Source: an uncultured archaeon (GTDB taxonomy: Archaea > Thermoplasmatota > Thermoplasmata > Thermoplasmatales > Thermoplasmataceae). Taken from it: DNA of 64,000 bases. The position numbers were made by a program, and so were the translations under genes. The notes under the pieces were generated by a model that saw only the letters and a program-made list of their open reading frames with translations, did not search any database and was not told where the DNA came from. The DNA is taken from contig CP009479.1 of the NCBI GenBank assembly GCA_000965745.1, positions 416,001 through 480,000 on the forward strand, in the 5' to 3' direction. Of this stretch, positions 49,367 to 59,244 are shown one piece after another. Position 1 is the first letter of the stretch. The number at the start of each line of letters is the position of its first letter.

Positions 49367-49711
49367 TCAGAAGGACACAACACTATATCCGCTGTTGATG
49401 AACCCAGGAATGGTGTCGCTCACGTTCTCAAGCTTTACTCCCAATTTTGCGATTCCCTCCGACAGGTCGTTTGCGGCGGCATACCCGTTGCATGCGATAG
49501 ATGTAACATTATGCTCAACAAGCTTGCTGTAAAGGTCCCTGACTTCCTGGTCATCACCTGCAATGGCTTTCTCGCTTGGCCCGAAGAAAACTACTTTCAC
49601 GTCTTCGAGATTATTCTTCCTGGCGGAATTCATTGCAAATCTCATGCCCACGAGCAGTTTGTCCCTGTTTTCAAGCCCAGATGTTATAAGTACAAGCATT
49701 TTTCCAGTCAT
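49367..49711 (-). CDS. DsrE-family protein
   Basis: VKVVFFGPSE and IAC motif; 114 aa. Confidence 0.75.
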   Translation of the reverse strand: MTGKMLVLITSGLENRDKLLVGMRFAMNSARKNNLEDVKVVFFGPSEKAIAGDDQEVRDLYSKLVEHNVTSIACNGYAAANDLSEGIAKLGVKLENVSDTIPGFINSGYSVVSF

Positions 49712-50008
49712 GCTTTCAGGAAGGCGTGGATCAAAATAATTCTTTCTAACCCTGCTGTTAACAAACGAGCGATTCAGGGAAAAGGGAACAATACGGTCCC
49801 TAGTTGGAATCGTGTACTGCGCCTTCCCAGATCGAGTGATATTCGGCGATCAAACAGCCTTATACCTCAATTCAATATCACACATATATACTAGTTTACA
49901 GAAATACGGAATGACCTAATTATTAAGTGATTGCAAAAATTTAAAAACATAAACTGTGAGGAATGACTTTTATAAAATATAGTGTGATTAAATCCTTGGT
50001 GAAAAAAA

Positions 50009-50626
50009 ATGCCGTTCGTTGATGATCTCGCCGTAGAGTTGTTCGTGCTGTCTCTAGTAGGGGTCGTTTCGCTCTACATGACCGGGATGGCTTATGTAGA
50101 ATACAGAAAAAATGGTGTAAAAAACGTAGAAAAAGTCCTGAGACCTGGTGCATTTCCTTTAGGTATGCTGGGTTTATTCATACTGGTAATGGGGTACTAT
50201 GGTGAGATGGTTTGGCCACTGCCTGGAAGTTACAACATACTGTTTGGGGATCCCTTTATACTGATGGGAATTGTGATAACCTCACTGGCTGTCTCACTCG
50301 CTTTAAAACAGAAACTCCAGTTTGTCGGAATAGTTGCTGCTTTCTCCGGGTTAATTTCAGTTTACTACGGGTATCACGCCTATATTCAGGGAATGACGTC
50401 CGAGCCGCTTGCAATGTTTGGAATGTATCTCGCCTTCGGCCTTACAGGAATATTCACATTCCCGGCCACACTGATTTATGACAAGTTCCCTGAGAAGGGT
50501 GGAAAGCCTTCAAATCTGTGGACAATTATACTGATAATATTCTGGATAGGCCTGATAGTTTCAGCAGTACTTGCAGCCTACACAGCACTCAATGCAGTGC
50601 CGCAGCACCTGCTCAAACCGCCATAA
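50009..50626 (+). CDS. DUF981-family membrane protein
   Basis: WPLPGSYNILFGDP signature; GGTGA SD. Confidence 0.8.
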   Translation: MPFVDDLAVELFVLSLVGVVSLYMTGMAYVEYRKNGVKNVEKVLRPGAFPLGMLGLFILVMGYYGEMVWPLPGSYNILFGDPFILMGIVITSLAVSLALKQKLQFVGIVAAFSGLISVYYGYHAYIQGMTSEPLAMFGMYLAFGLTGIFTFPATLIYDKFPEKGGKPSNLWTIILIIFWIGLIVSAVLAAYTALNAVPQHLLKPP

Positions 50627-50631
50627 TATTG

Positions 50632-50659
50632 GAGGGTTTCCCTCTTTTATTTTTCTTTA
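50632..50659 (+). terminator. short hairpin plus T-tract terminator
   Basis: GAGGG-TTT-CCCTC followed by TTTTATTTTTCTTT. Confidence 0.5.
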
Positions 50660-50770
50660 TAACACCGTTCGCCAACCGTCTCGAATATTTTTGATTCTTC
50701 GGGAATTAACCGGAAAGAATGATGTTAAAGCGCAAAATATAAGAAAAATGTTGAAAAATTGGTTTGGGCC

Positions 50771-52450
50771 CTATGCCCTAGCGAGTGCGGCCTGAGATGT
50801 TATCTCTTTCTTGTTTTCGAGGCCGTATTCCTTGACTTTGTCTACATCGACCCCGCGCTTCCTCGCGATTTTCTCTACAGTTCTAAGCATTAATCCCCCA
50901 CCAAAGGAGATAATGCCTCCTGTTCCGAGCTTCACAACCATGTTGCCTCTCGCGTCCCTGTAACCGTTTCTCTTTGCCATCTTTGCCAGATGCCTGTAAG
51001 ACGCGTAGTATACCGCGAGCATGCTCTCGGTGAGCATTTCCCTGTTTAGCTCTCTCGACTTGATCCTTCCGAGTGGGACGTTAAGGAGAGGAGTTGCAGT
51101 GAATTCGAACGCCCTGCCTTCGACATAAGAGTTGCTCAACCGGTTTATCATTGCTACTGTGTCCCAGTTGTCCTCGTCAGTCTCTCCTGCCTGCCCAACC
51201 TGCAGAGTGAAAGCAGGCCTCCAGTAATTCTTGGTCTCGACTGCAACACCCTGCCACACAATATCCTGCCATGAGCCGTCCGGCCCAATCTTGAGAGGAA
51301 GTGTCTTGTTGGGCATGTGCTGTTTCGCAAGAGAATCGCTGCCTGTTTCAATTCCGGTCTGGACTCCGATCCAGTTGTCCGGGCCACCTTTGAGAACCTT
51401 CGTCAGGTGCTCCATCATCTCTGGATAGCCTGCTGGTATGGAGATTCTCCCGTGTGTGGGGTTTGATGTTTTCACACCCTTTATGCCCATGACAGTCGAG
51501 AAGAGTTCTGAAAGGGCGTCCTCGTTTGGCGTGAACATGTTTCCATGCTTGTACCCCCATATTTCATCAGAGTGCAGCCACGCGTTGGTCTGTCCTGCCT
51601 TGAGGTTTATTTCAACCTCCTTGACTATGTTCTCTATGGGAACGTACCTGAGCGGCCTCAGGGTTACCTCACAAAAATCGCAGCCTACACCGCAACCCCT
51701 CATAACCTCAGTCATCCCTTTCATTGCCGGGTTGACGATTGGTGGCATTTCCTCAAGTTTTGGATAAGCGGCGAATGATACCCCTCTTGCGAGGAATTTC
51801 TCGTCTTTCTGCACTATTTTTCTGAATTTATCGTCGTAGGTCATGTAGCCGCTGTGGAAAAGCGACGGATCAATGCTGCCACTGACAATCTGGTCGAAAA
51901 GTATCGGGGCGATATCATCGGCTTCTCCCTGAAAAACGTAATCGATATTGTACTTGTCAATGGCGTCCCTCATTAATGTGAACTCCCAGACACCGGGTCC
52001 ACCAACAACCAGTTTAGCCTTTTTCCCCCGCCTGACACTGTTTATCTTCTCCATCAGTAAGTCCCATTCTCTCCATACCCATGCATATAGCTCTCCGCCG
52101 AATAATGCATAGTAGGACATTGTTACTGGCCCAAGGCCAAGAGGGTCCATTGTGGACACAGCAATTATCTCGGTATCGTCTGTTATGTGCTGTGCCAGGT
52201 ACTCCTCCTGGATTACTGCAACGTCCTTTCTTTCAAACCTTGTCAGAAGAGAGGCCTCGAGCTTTCTTATGGAGTACGGCGCCAGGTCTACTCTTCCATC
52301 TGGCGCAGTTGGGGGTGCGGGACCTTTAAGAAAACGGTAGATGGGACCGGGTATCGCTCTTGACGGTGCGCAGGGCAAAAAGTCCAGTAATGGAAAATCT
52401 CTGTATTGGTATCCTAGAGTCGAGTCTGAAATCAATACATATTTTGTCAT
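50771..52450 (-). CDS. B12-binding-type radical SAM enzyme, GDGT ring synthase (Grs)-like
   Basis: APYSIRKLEASL, STMDPLGLGP, VGGPGVW, EVMRGCGVGCDFC and GIETGS motifs. Confidence 0.7.
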   Translation of the reverse strand: MTKYVLISDSTLGYQYRDFPLLDFLPCAPSRAIPGPIYRFLKGPAPPTAPDGRVDLAPYSIRKLEASLLTRFERKDVAVIQEEYLAQHITDDTEIIAVSTMDPLGLGPVTMSYYALFGGELYAWVWREWDLLMEKINSVRRGKKAKLVVGGPGVWEFTLMRDAIDKYNIDYVFQGEADDIAPILFDQIVSGSIDPSLFHSGYMTYDDKFRKIVQKDEKFLARGVSFAAYPKLEEMPPIVNPAMKGMTEVMRGCGVGCDFCEVTLRPLRYVPIENIVKEVEINLKAGQTNAWLHSDEIWGYKHGNMFTPNEDALSELFSTVMGIKGVKTSNPTHGRISIPAGYPEMMEHLTKVLKGGPDNWIGVQTGIETGSDSLAKQHMPNKTLPLKIGPDGSWQDIVWQGVAVETKNYWRPAFTLQVGQAGETDEDNWDTVAMINRLSNSYVEGRAFEFTATPLLNVPLGRIKSRELNREMLTESMLAVYYASYRHLAKMAKRNGYRDARGNMVVKLGTGGIISFGGGLMLRTVEKIARKRGVDVDKVKEYGLENKKEITSQAALARA

Positions 52451-52668
52451 AATACTCAGTCCGGTAGGATTAGTTAGAAACTTAACCTTCATAAAGATTT
52501 TGTTCGGGAGGCATATGAAATGTTCTTTGATACAAAGCTCCAGAGTCGATTCCAGTTTTCTTGCTCCAGAGATAAATACTCATGCTTTTCAATATGCCAT
52601 GAGTTTACAGCACAATGAAAATAACTTCTATCCGGGAAAAGTTAACCATATACCCTGTCATAAAGACT

Positions 52669-54117
52669 TTACCATGTTATATCAAGTACCCCCGATGAGG
52701 CTTTTCGCATTCTTTCAATGCAATAATTCCTGAAAGCATGGCTGTTGTAGACTGCAAATGGCATGAATGATCCTTCAGGAAGGATCCCGGAGGTTATTCT
52801 GCGGCTCATGGTGTTGCTGAGTGCTGAAGACGTATCCTCGTTTGTCAGGCCCAGGCTTGCAAGCCTCTCCTGCCAGTTATGCATGTAAGTTTTGTAATTT
52901 AGGATGGTGTCCCATATCACAAATTTCTTCAGTTCATTCTTGTTGTAGCTGTCTCTGAATGAGGACAAGCCCAAGATCTTTGCCAGGTGGGAAACCGGGA
53001 TGTATATTCTTTTTATTCCCCTGTGCCCCTTCACACCAATACCGATTTTCTCGAACCTCTCAAAAAACTGGTGCAGCAGGTTATTGATCTCAGGGTATGT
53101 GGCCAGAGTATTGATCCTGTTCCACTCCATTGTGGTTATCCCGGTGATGTTCACAATCTCCCGCATTGTCTCAACCAGAAATGTGTTTTCAGACTCGAAC
53201 GTGGTTCTCATGACGCCAAGAAGGTACGAAGCCGACCTTTCAGGGGGCAATGCCTGCTTAGGGGCAAAGATTCCAATTGAGCCAATAAGAGCCACGAAAG
53301 AGAACTGTTCAGGGTACGAGTACAATATGTCAAGGATGCGGTTCTTCTTCGATTCTATCGCTTCAACTATGATCTGGTTTGCTAGCTTGGTGGTGTTCTC
53401 GCTCTGGTCCAGCGTGAGATAGACTGTTCTCTCCTCAGGAAAGGTTGATGACTGGGTCCTTTCACTTTCCTTGAGAATCCCGAGTGCTTCCAGGAAAATA
53501 GCTTCCCTGGAAAGGTTCTCGTTTCTCCGCGTTATCATGTTTCCGAGGTGGCTTATCCTTTTCCCTGATTCTATGTTGAGGCCACCCACTGCTGCCTGAT
53601 AGACAAGCCTTTTGGAGGTGTCCAGTGACAGGCCCTGCGAATTAATCTGTTCCATGAACCTGTCAAGTTCCTGTGTGTCCAGCTTGATTAAAGGCTCTTT
53701 TACTGTGACTTCCTCAAAGAAAGCCTTCTGCGATGATTTGCCCGTGAGTTCCCTGATCTTGTCCTCCAGATCCGTGTTCTCGCTTGAAGGCAGTGGGAGG
53801 ATGAACACATCCTTTTCCAGGAGGCTGGTTGTTGCAGGGAGCTTGTCTTTTACCTCCTTCAGCAGATCCTGAGTGGTAAGAAAGATTACATACTTGAGTG
53901 AGGGGTAATTCAGGGCACCGAAAAATTCCGAGGGCCTGGGCTTCCTGCCCAGGAGCTTGATCCCTATGTCAGGCTCGGGCTGACCACTTATGGACGCGAC
54001 AATATCCACCATCTCAGGTGACCTCATTTCCATGGACTCTTCTATGTTTTCAACCCCGTAGAAATTGAGCATGTTTGCCACAAGCCTTTTGGTGCTGTCC
54101 AGGGAATCCTTCAGCAT
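52669..54117 (-). CDS. hypothetical soluble protein (482 aa)
   Basis: Long ORF with no recognised family; possible degenerate PD-(D/E)XK N-terminus and wH-like segments. Confidence 0.7.
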   Translation of the reverse strand: MLKDSLDSTKRLVANMLNFYGVENIEESMEMRSPEMVDIVASISGQPEPDIGIKLLGRKPRPSEFFGALNYPSLKYVIFLTTQDLLKEVKDKLPATTSLLEKDVFILPLPSSENTDLEDKIRELTGKSSQKAFFEEVTVKEPLIKLDTQELDRFMEQINSQGLSLDTSKRLVYQAAVGGLNIESGKRISHLGNMITRRNENLSREAIFLEALGILKESERTQSSTFPEERTVYLTLDQSENTTKLANQIIVEAIESKKNRILDILYSYPEQFSFVALIGSIGIFAPKQALPPERSASYLLGVMRTTFESENTFLVETMREIVNITGITTMEWNRINTLATYPEINNLLHQFFERFEKIGIGVKGHRGIKRIYIPVSHLAKILGLSSFRDSYNKNELKKFVIWDTILNYKTYMHNWQERLASLGLTNEDTSSALSNTMSRRITSGILPEGSFMPFAVYNSHAFRNYCIERMRKASSGVLDITW

Positions 54118-54306
54118 GCTTTCATATTTGAGGGTATGATTAATTCTTTTCGCCTAGTGCTGGAAAGCGATTTTCGTTGTGATTCCCTGCTGCCTGTTCA
54201 TGAATTCCACGCCGGACCCTCATGCCCGGTGATGGGTGGCATATTCCTCGAATTTGACTGGCACTCAAACAATCAAGTATTTTTACCTTGCAGCATATCC
54301 GGCATA

Positions 54307-54999
54307 ATGATCTTCAGGGAGGCCACCAGGGAGGACTGGCCCGCCATAAGTGATATATCGAGAAGATCAGGCTATGAAGATTACATAAACCGCCTGGGGC
54401 CCTCATACCTGGATGAGGGAACCGTCCTGATAGCTGAGGATGGCGTTCCTGTTGGATTCTCCAAGGTTGAGATGATGGCAGACGGTGCCACCTGGCTAAG
54501 CGGCCTGCGTGTGGATCCGGACCACTGGAGAAGAGGCATAGGATCTCAGCTTACCCGGAATGGGGTGGACATATCGAGGCGGATGGGTGCGTACGCCGCA
54601 AGAATGCTTGTGGAAGCGTCAAACTACAGGTCACGTGCACTTTCTGAGAAGATGCTTTTCAGGGAAGCCGAATCGTGCAGGTTCTATGAGCAGGGCGTTG
54701 ATCTGGACGGATATTCCGAAGCCAGATTCAAAGATTCAACGTATGTTGCAGCAGGATGGAAGTTCATGCGTGCAGATAGGGCGCCCGATATTCCCGGCCG
54801 GTTCTTTTCAAATGGGCCAAACCTTGTTTTTGCAGCCGATGACGGCAGGTCCTTTCATGTCCTTTCTTCCGGGGAGCCCGTCAAGCCTGCGGATGAGGGG
54901 ATGACCATATGCAGTTCCGGGATTCGGGAAGACCTGTTTGCGCGGTTGAGGAGAATGGAGGATTTTCCCTCCGCAATAGTTTATGAAATGATTCTCTGA
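54307..54999 (+). CDS. GNAT family acetyltransferase
   Basis: WLSGLRVDPDHWRRGIGS and N.RS..L motifs. Confidence 0.85.
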   Translation: MIFREATREDWPAISDISRRSGYEDYINRLGPSYLDEGTVLIAEDGVPVGFSKVEMMADGATWLSGLRVDPDHWRRGIGSQLTRNGVDISRRMGAYAARMLVEASNYRSRALSEKMLFREAESCRFYEQGVDLDGYSEARFKDSTYVAAGWKFMRADRAPDIPGRFFSNGPNLVFAADDGRSFHVLSSGEPVKPADEGMTICSSGIREDLFARLRRMEDFPSAIVYEMIL

Positions 55000-55007
55000 T
55001 TCTGCCC

Positions 55008-55724
55008 CTAGTATCCGGCAAAGCTCTCTATACGGATATTATCCGGGTTTACGCCTGAGTCGAGCAGCCAGTTTCGCACCGATACGGCATTAGCCGGAAT
55101 ACCGGAAACATAAAAAACGGAGTTCAAGAAGTCGCCTCCCAGTCTGTTCATCACATAGTTGCAGGTGCTTTCACATTCTATCTCGGCCGAATCATCCTGT
55201 TGGATCATGGGAATCACGTTTATGTTGCCATTCTGCCTGCTGAATTCCACTGCGTCCTTATACAGGCAATTCTCTTCTGGAAAATTGTCCGAATGGAATA
55301 TGTAAATTCTGTGTCGCAGCCCCTTCACCGTTGCGTCCTCAATTATGCTCCTCGCTGGTGTTATCCCGATACGGTCCGTTATGAAGACTGCAGGCAGAGA
55401 AGGATCGGGATGCAACGTAAACCTGCCTCTTGGGCCTTCGACCAGGACAGAAAGGCTGTCGCCTGCTGACATTATGCGCTTCTTGAATTGCGATCCCCTC
55501 AGGGTTACTGCAAACTTCAGCAGCCTCCTGTTTGCAGGTGAGGATGCCATTGAGAGAAACCTGTAATCCTCCTCATGCCTCCGTTTCTCTTCTGGCAGAG
55601 TCAGCTTGACGTATTGGCCCGCTTTGAAGTCAAAGGGCCTGTTTAGCTTCACCTCGAATAAGAGAATCTTCTGGTTGGTCGCCTGTCTGACTCTTATTGT
55701 CCCGGTAAGGAGCTTAACCATCAT
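55008..55724 (-). CDS. FAD-dependent ferredoxin-NADP reductase-like oxidoreductase (paralog 1)
   Basis: FKAGQY, RFLSMASSP, GPRGRF, IGITP and E.F.GY motifs. Confidence 0.85.
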   Translation of the reverse strand: MMVKLLTGTIRVRQATNQKILLFEVKLNRPFDFKAGQYVKLTLPEEKRRHEEDYRFLSMASSPANRRLLKFAVTLRGSQFKKRIMSAGDSLSVLVEGPRGRFTLHPDPSLPAVFITDRIGITPARSIIEDATVKGLRHRIYIFHSDNFPEENCLYKDAVEFSRQNGNINVIPMIQQDDSAEIECESTCNYVMNRLGGDFLNSVFYVSGIPANAVSVRNWLLDSGVNPDNIRIESFAGY

Positions 55725-55758
55725 GTTTCATTTGCACGATTGTTTAAGCCACTTTTGT

Positions 55759-56481
55759 TCAATATCCAGAGAATTTCTCTGTCTTTATGCTTGCAGATGC
55801 TATCCCCTGGGACAGGAGTGCATTCCTTGCATCGTGTACGAACCTGGGCTTTCCCGAAACGTAGAATATTGCGCGGCCTGTATCGATGTCTGGTGCATAC
55901 GTATCCAGTTTCACACGGGAAAAGGTGAGGCTTGGGCTTTCATCACTGTCTCCCGTGGTAATCCTGACAATGCTGAAATTCTTGAGTCTTGACGCAAGGC
56001 CTTCCAGTTCTTCCATAAACAGTTCCTCCTCACTATTTTTGTTTATGTAGACGAGGCAGATTCTCTGGCCTATCCCTTCATCTGCACACCAGTTCACTAT
56101 ACTGGCCACTGGCGTAATGCCTATCCCTGAAGTAATGAAGATTACAGGCCTCTGCCTGTCAGATATGAGGAAGAATCCTCCAAGCGGCGGGGAAACGTCC
56201 ACCTGTTCCCCCGGCTTCATGCCTGCAAGCTTCTTCTTGAAGTCAGAATCCCCTATCTCGGTCGCGAATCTCAACACATCTGACCTGTTTGGAGAGGATG
56301 ATATCGAGAAAATTCTTCTTATGTCGAAATTTCCGTTGTTTCCGGATGAAAGGGACAGTGTTGCATGTTTTCCAGCCCTGAAGGAGTAATGGGATTCACT
56401 GGAATCAAGGTATATGATGATGTACCTCCCTTTAGCCACTTCAGCCTTCAACAGCGGAATTCTTGCATGACCGGTTTCCAC
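55759..56481 (-). CDS. FAD-dependent ferredoxin-NADP reductase-like oxidoreductase (paralog 2)
   Basis: FRAGKH, RIFSISSSP, PPLGGF, SGIGITP and EKFSGY motifs. Confidence 0.85.
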   Translation of the reverse strand: METGHARIPLLKAEVAKGRYIIIYLDSSESHYSFRAGKHATLSLSSGNNGNFDIRRIFSISSSPNRSDVLRFATEIGDSDFKKKLAGMKPGEQVDVSPPLGGFFLISDRQRPVIFITSGIGITPVASIVNWCADEGIGQRICLVYINKNSEEELFMEELEGLASRLKNFSIVRITTGDSDESPSLTFSRVKLDTYAPDIDTGRAIFYVSGKPRFVHDARNALLSQGIASASIKTEKFSGY

Positions 56482-56620
56482 AATAGAATATCACTTTTGC
56501 TGCTTAATTAAGTTTCTTTCAGGGGCAAATGGAAAACCAGAGCCTTTTCATGAGGGGCAGCAGTCTACTGAAAACAATAATATTGAGCAACACCCTTAGC
56601 CAGTTTAAGTAGTGAAATTC

Positions 56621-58273
56621 ATGGAAAAAATCAGAATATTGTGGGATCAGAGGATCCCGATGCGGGACGATGTGGAGATCTCTGCCGACGTCTATTTTCC
56701 TGAGGACGATGGAAAGTTCCCTGCACTGGTAATCAGGACTCCTTATGGAAAAGGGGAATCCGGCAACATAGAACAGGGCAGGTATTTTTCTGACAATGGC
56801 TATGTAGCGGTGATCTGTGATGTAAGGGGCAGAGGCGATTCCGATGGAACATTTGTTCCCTATGTCAACGAAGGCCGGGACGGCCATGATGTGATAGAAT
56901 GGGCCGCCAGGCAGGAGTGGTGCACAGGTTCGGTTGGAACACTGGGAGCTTCATACCTGGCACGCATTCAGTGGACTACCGCCCTGGAAAATCCCCCTCA
57001 CCTGAAAACAATGATATCGACCGTTTCCCCTTCTGATCAATTTGTTGAGAGCCCCACGGGAGTGCCTGATCCAATTCACATTTCATGGAGCTTTCTTGTG
57101 AGCGGAAGGTCACTCCAGAATGTCGATTATGTGGACTGGGAGAAGGTGTACAGGCACCTTCCCCTGATAGATATGGAAAGGGCCACAGGCAGGGCAATAA
57201 CGGGATGGAAAGAATCCTTTGACCATACGACCTTTGATGATTACTGGAAGCAGACAGCATACCAGACGAGATTCTCGGAGATTGATCTCCCGGTGATGCA
57301 CATTTCAGGATGGTACGATGACGAGCAGATTGGCACCCCGATGAACTTCCACGGGATGAGGCAGCACGCAAAAACTGAATCTGCCAGAGAAAACCAGAAA
57401 CTTGTGATGGGGCCATGGCCGCACGGAATAAACAAGAGCCAGACCCTTGGAAACATAGATTTTGGGCCCACTTCACTGATTGACCTTCTTGATCTGGAAA
57501 AAAGGTGGTTTGACAGATGGCTCAAGGGAGACAGGAACAGCATTGACGATGAAAACAGAGTTTCAATATTTGTGATGGGGGAGAACAGGTGGAGGTACGA
57601 AAAGGACTGGCCCCTTCCGGATACAGATTTCGTCCCGTATTACCTGACGAGTGGTGGAAGGGCAAACAGCAGATTCGGTGATGGGAAACTGGTTGACGTG
57701 GTGCATGATATGGGTTCCGGTAAAGACAGCTATACCTACGATCCCGAAAACCCGTTCCCATTCATTACGGAGCAGACCTCTGCCCAGATAGGAGGTCCTG
57801 ATGATTACGCAGCCGTGGAGAGAAGGGATGATGTGCTTGTATACACTTCAGAGCCCCTTAAGGAGAGCCTTGAGGTAACCGGCCCTGTGAAGGCAGAGAT
57901 CTATGTATCCTCAGACGCAGAAGATACTGATTTTGCGGTAAAGCTTCTCGATGTATGGCCAAACGGATTCGCGCAGAGGCTTTGCGACGGAGTGGTAAGG
58001 GCAAGATACAGGGAGGGCATGGAGAGAGAGATACCGATGGAGCCCGGGAAAGTCTACAGCATGACAGTGGATATGTGGAATACAAGCCAGGTTTTCCGCC
58101 CAGGGCACAGGATCAGGGTCGAGGTTGCTTCAAGCGCTTTTCCGAAGTACAGCAGAAATCAGAACGTTTGGGAAAAACTTGGAAGAAGTGATAAGGTGAA
58201 GATAGCAGACCAGACCCTGTATCACGGGAAGGATTACCCGTCAAAAGTCATTCTGCCGATAATAAGGAAATAA
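56621..58273 (+). CDS. CocE/NonD family serine hydrolase (peptidase S15)
   Basis: RTPYGK, DVRGRGDSDG, GASY nucleophile, GWYD and GPWPH motifs. Confidence 0.92.
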   Translation: MEKIRILWDQRIPMRDDVEISADVYFPEDDGKFPALVIRTPYGKGESGNIEQGRYFSDNGYVAVICDVRGRGDSDGTFVPYVNEGRDGHDVIEWAARQEWCTGSVGTLGASYLARIQWTTALENPPHLKTMISTVSPSDQFVESPTGVPDPIHISWSFLVSGRSLQNVDYVDWEKVYRHLPLIDMERATGRAITGWKESFDHTTFDDYWKQTAYQTRFSEIDLPVMHISGWYDDEQIGTPMNFHGMRQHAKTESARENQKLVMGPWPHGINKSQTLGNIDFGPTSLIDLLDLEKRWFDRWLKGDRNSIDDENRVSIFVMGENRWRYEKDWPLPDTDFVPYYLTSGGRANSRFGDGKLVDVVHDMGSGKDSYTYDPENPFPFITEQTSAQIGGPDDYAAVERRDDVLVYTSEPLKESLEVTGPVKAEIYVSSDAEDTDFAVKLLDVWPNGFAQRLCDGVVRARYREGMEREIPMEPGKVYSMTVDMWNTSQVFRPGHRIRVEVASSAFPKYSRNQNVWEKLGRSDKVKIADQTLYHGKDYPSKVILPIIRK

Positions 58274-58277
58274 ATCA

Positions 58278-58325
58278 GACCAGGGGGGAGCATCAAGCGC
58301 CCCTCCTGGTCACAGTTGTTTTTTC
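58278..58325 (+). terminator. GC-rich hairpin with downstream T-tract between convergent genes
   Basis: 11-bp stem GACCAGGGGGG/CCCTCCTGGTC (one G-U pair) followed by GTTGTTTTTT. Confidence 0.55.
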
Positions 58326-58339
58326 AGTGTTTTTACGGA

Positions 58340-58522
58340 TCAATGCTTCATTTTTATTGCGTCTGTAACCTTCTGCTTAAGATCCTCGGAAATCTCCTTC
58401 ATTCCATGAGCAGTTTTTGCATGATCCACTATCTTCGGCATGAGCTCGTCCATGCTCTTTGCCTCGGTAGAGAACCCGCAGTTCATTCCAATATCCTTGC
58501 AACTAAAGCTGTAGCTGGCCAT
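58340..58522 (-). CDS. DUF1059 small metal-binding protein
   Basis: FSCKDIGMNC...HAKTAH motif. ATG follows a GGTG SD. Confidence 0.85.
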   Translation of the reverse strand: MASYSFSCKDIGMNCGFSTEAKSMDELMPKIVDHAKTAHGMKEISEDLKQKVTDAIKMKH

Positions 58523-58660
58523 TTTTACACCTGAAAACATTACGGATTCGCCCGTAATAAAGAGTTAACTTTACATCTGATGAGTATCCTGCCAATGGGT
58601 GACAGAACCCGGTTGAGCGAAACAATGGAAAGCTTGTGCACAAATTCGACCCTCAAAGTA

Positions 58661-59203
58661 TCATGCGGGCCTGCGGGAATACCATTCCATGGCTTCTTTC
58701 TGGAGTTCTGTGACAAACTTTTCCTTTCCGGATATGTAAGCCTCGTTGTCATTCGGATGCTTTGCTGCGACCTCTGCCTTGAGTTTTCCATATACTTCCG
58801 CTTTACCGGGGTGGGCCTTCAGAAATTCCCTGACTGCCAGATGCCTCCTCAGATTCTCCTTGTCGTCCCTGAAAAAGACATGGACATGAACACTATGCAC
58901 CCAGTTTTCCGGGTCCACGAACCTGACCTTCTTGAAGAACCTCCTGCCGGGGATTCCATACTCCCCGAGTGCTTCAAAACCCGCCTTTTTCATTTCGCTG
59001 TTCACTTCATCCACCGCAAGAAGGCTCTCGACTGAGACCATTATATCTATTGTAGGCTTGGCCTTGAGACCTGGTACTGATGTGCTCCCTATATGCTGTA
59101 TATCAACAATATTCGAGCCGAATATCCCTCTAATGGTCTCCGCTTCGTTTTCGTAACTCTCCGGCCACCTTGGGTCGTAATCAACAACTTCCAGGATTCT
59201 CAT
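58661..59203 (-). CDS. GrpB-family (UPF0157) nucleotidyltransferase-fold protein
   Basis: YDPRWP, HIGSTSVPGLKAKPTIDI and Y..LK...Y...K motifs. Confidence 0.9.
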   Translation of the reverse strand: MRILEVVDYDPRWPESYENEAETIRGIFGSNIVDIQHIGSTSVPGLKAKPTIDIMVSVESLLAVDEVNSEMKKAGFEALGEYGIPGRRFFKKVRFVDPENWVHSVHVHVFFRDDKENLRRHLAVREFLKAHPGKAEVYGKLKAEVAAKHPNDNEAYISGKEKFVTELQKEAMEWYSRRPA

Positions 59204-59244
59204 TGCTCTTGCTTCGATATCGGAACCTCAGAGTTAAAAGTGAG

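Noticed and set aside
49712-50008. Possible replication origin upstream of dsrE-cdc6
   Set aside because: It is AT-rich but has only one weak ORB-like string and no repeated ORBs or G-strings; divergent promoters explain it.
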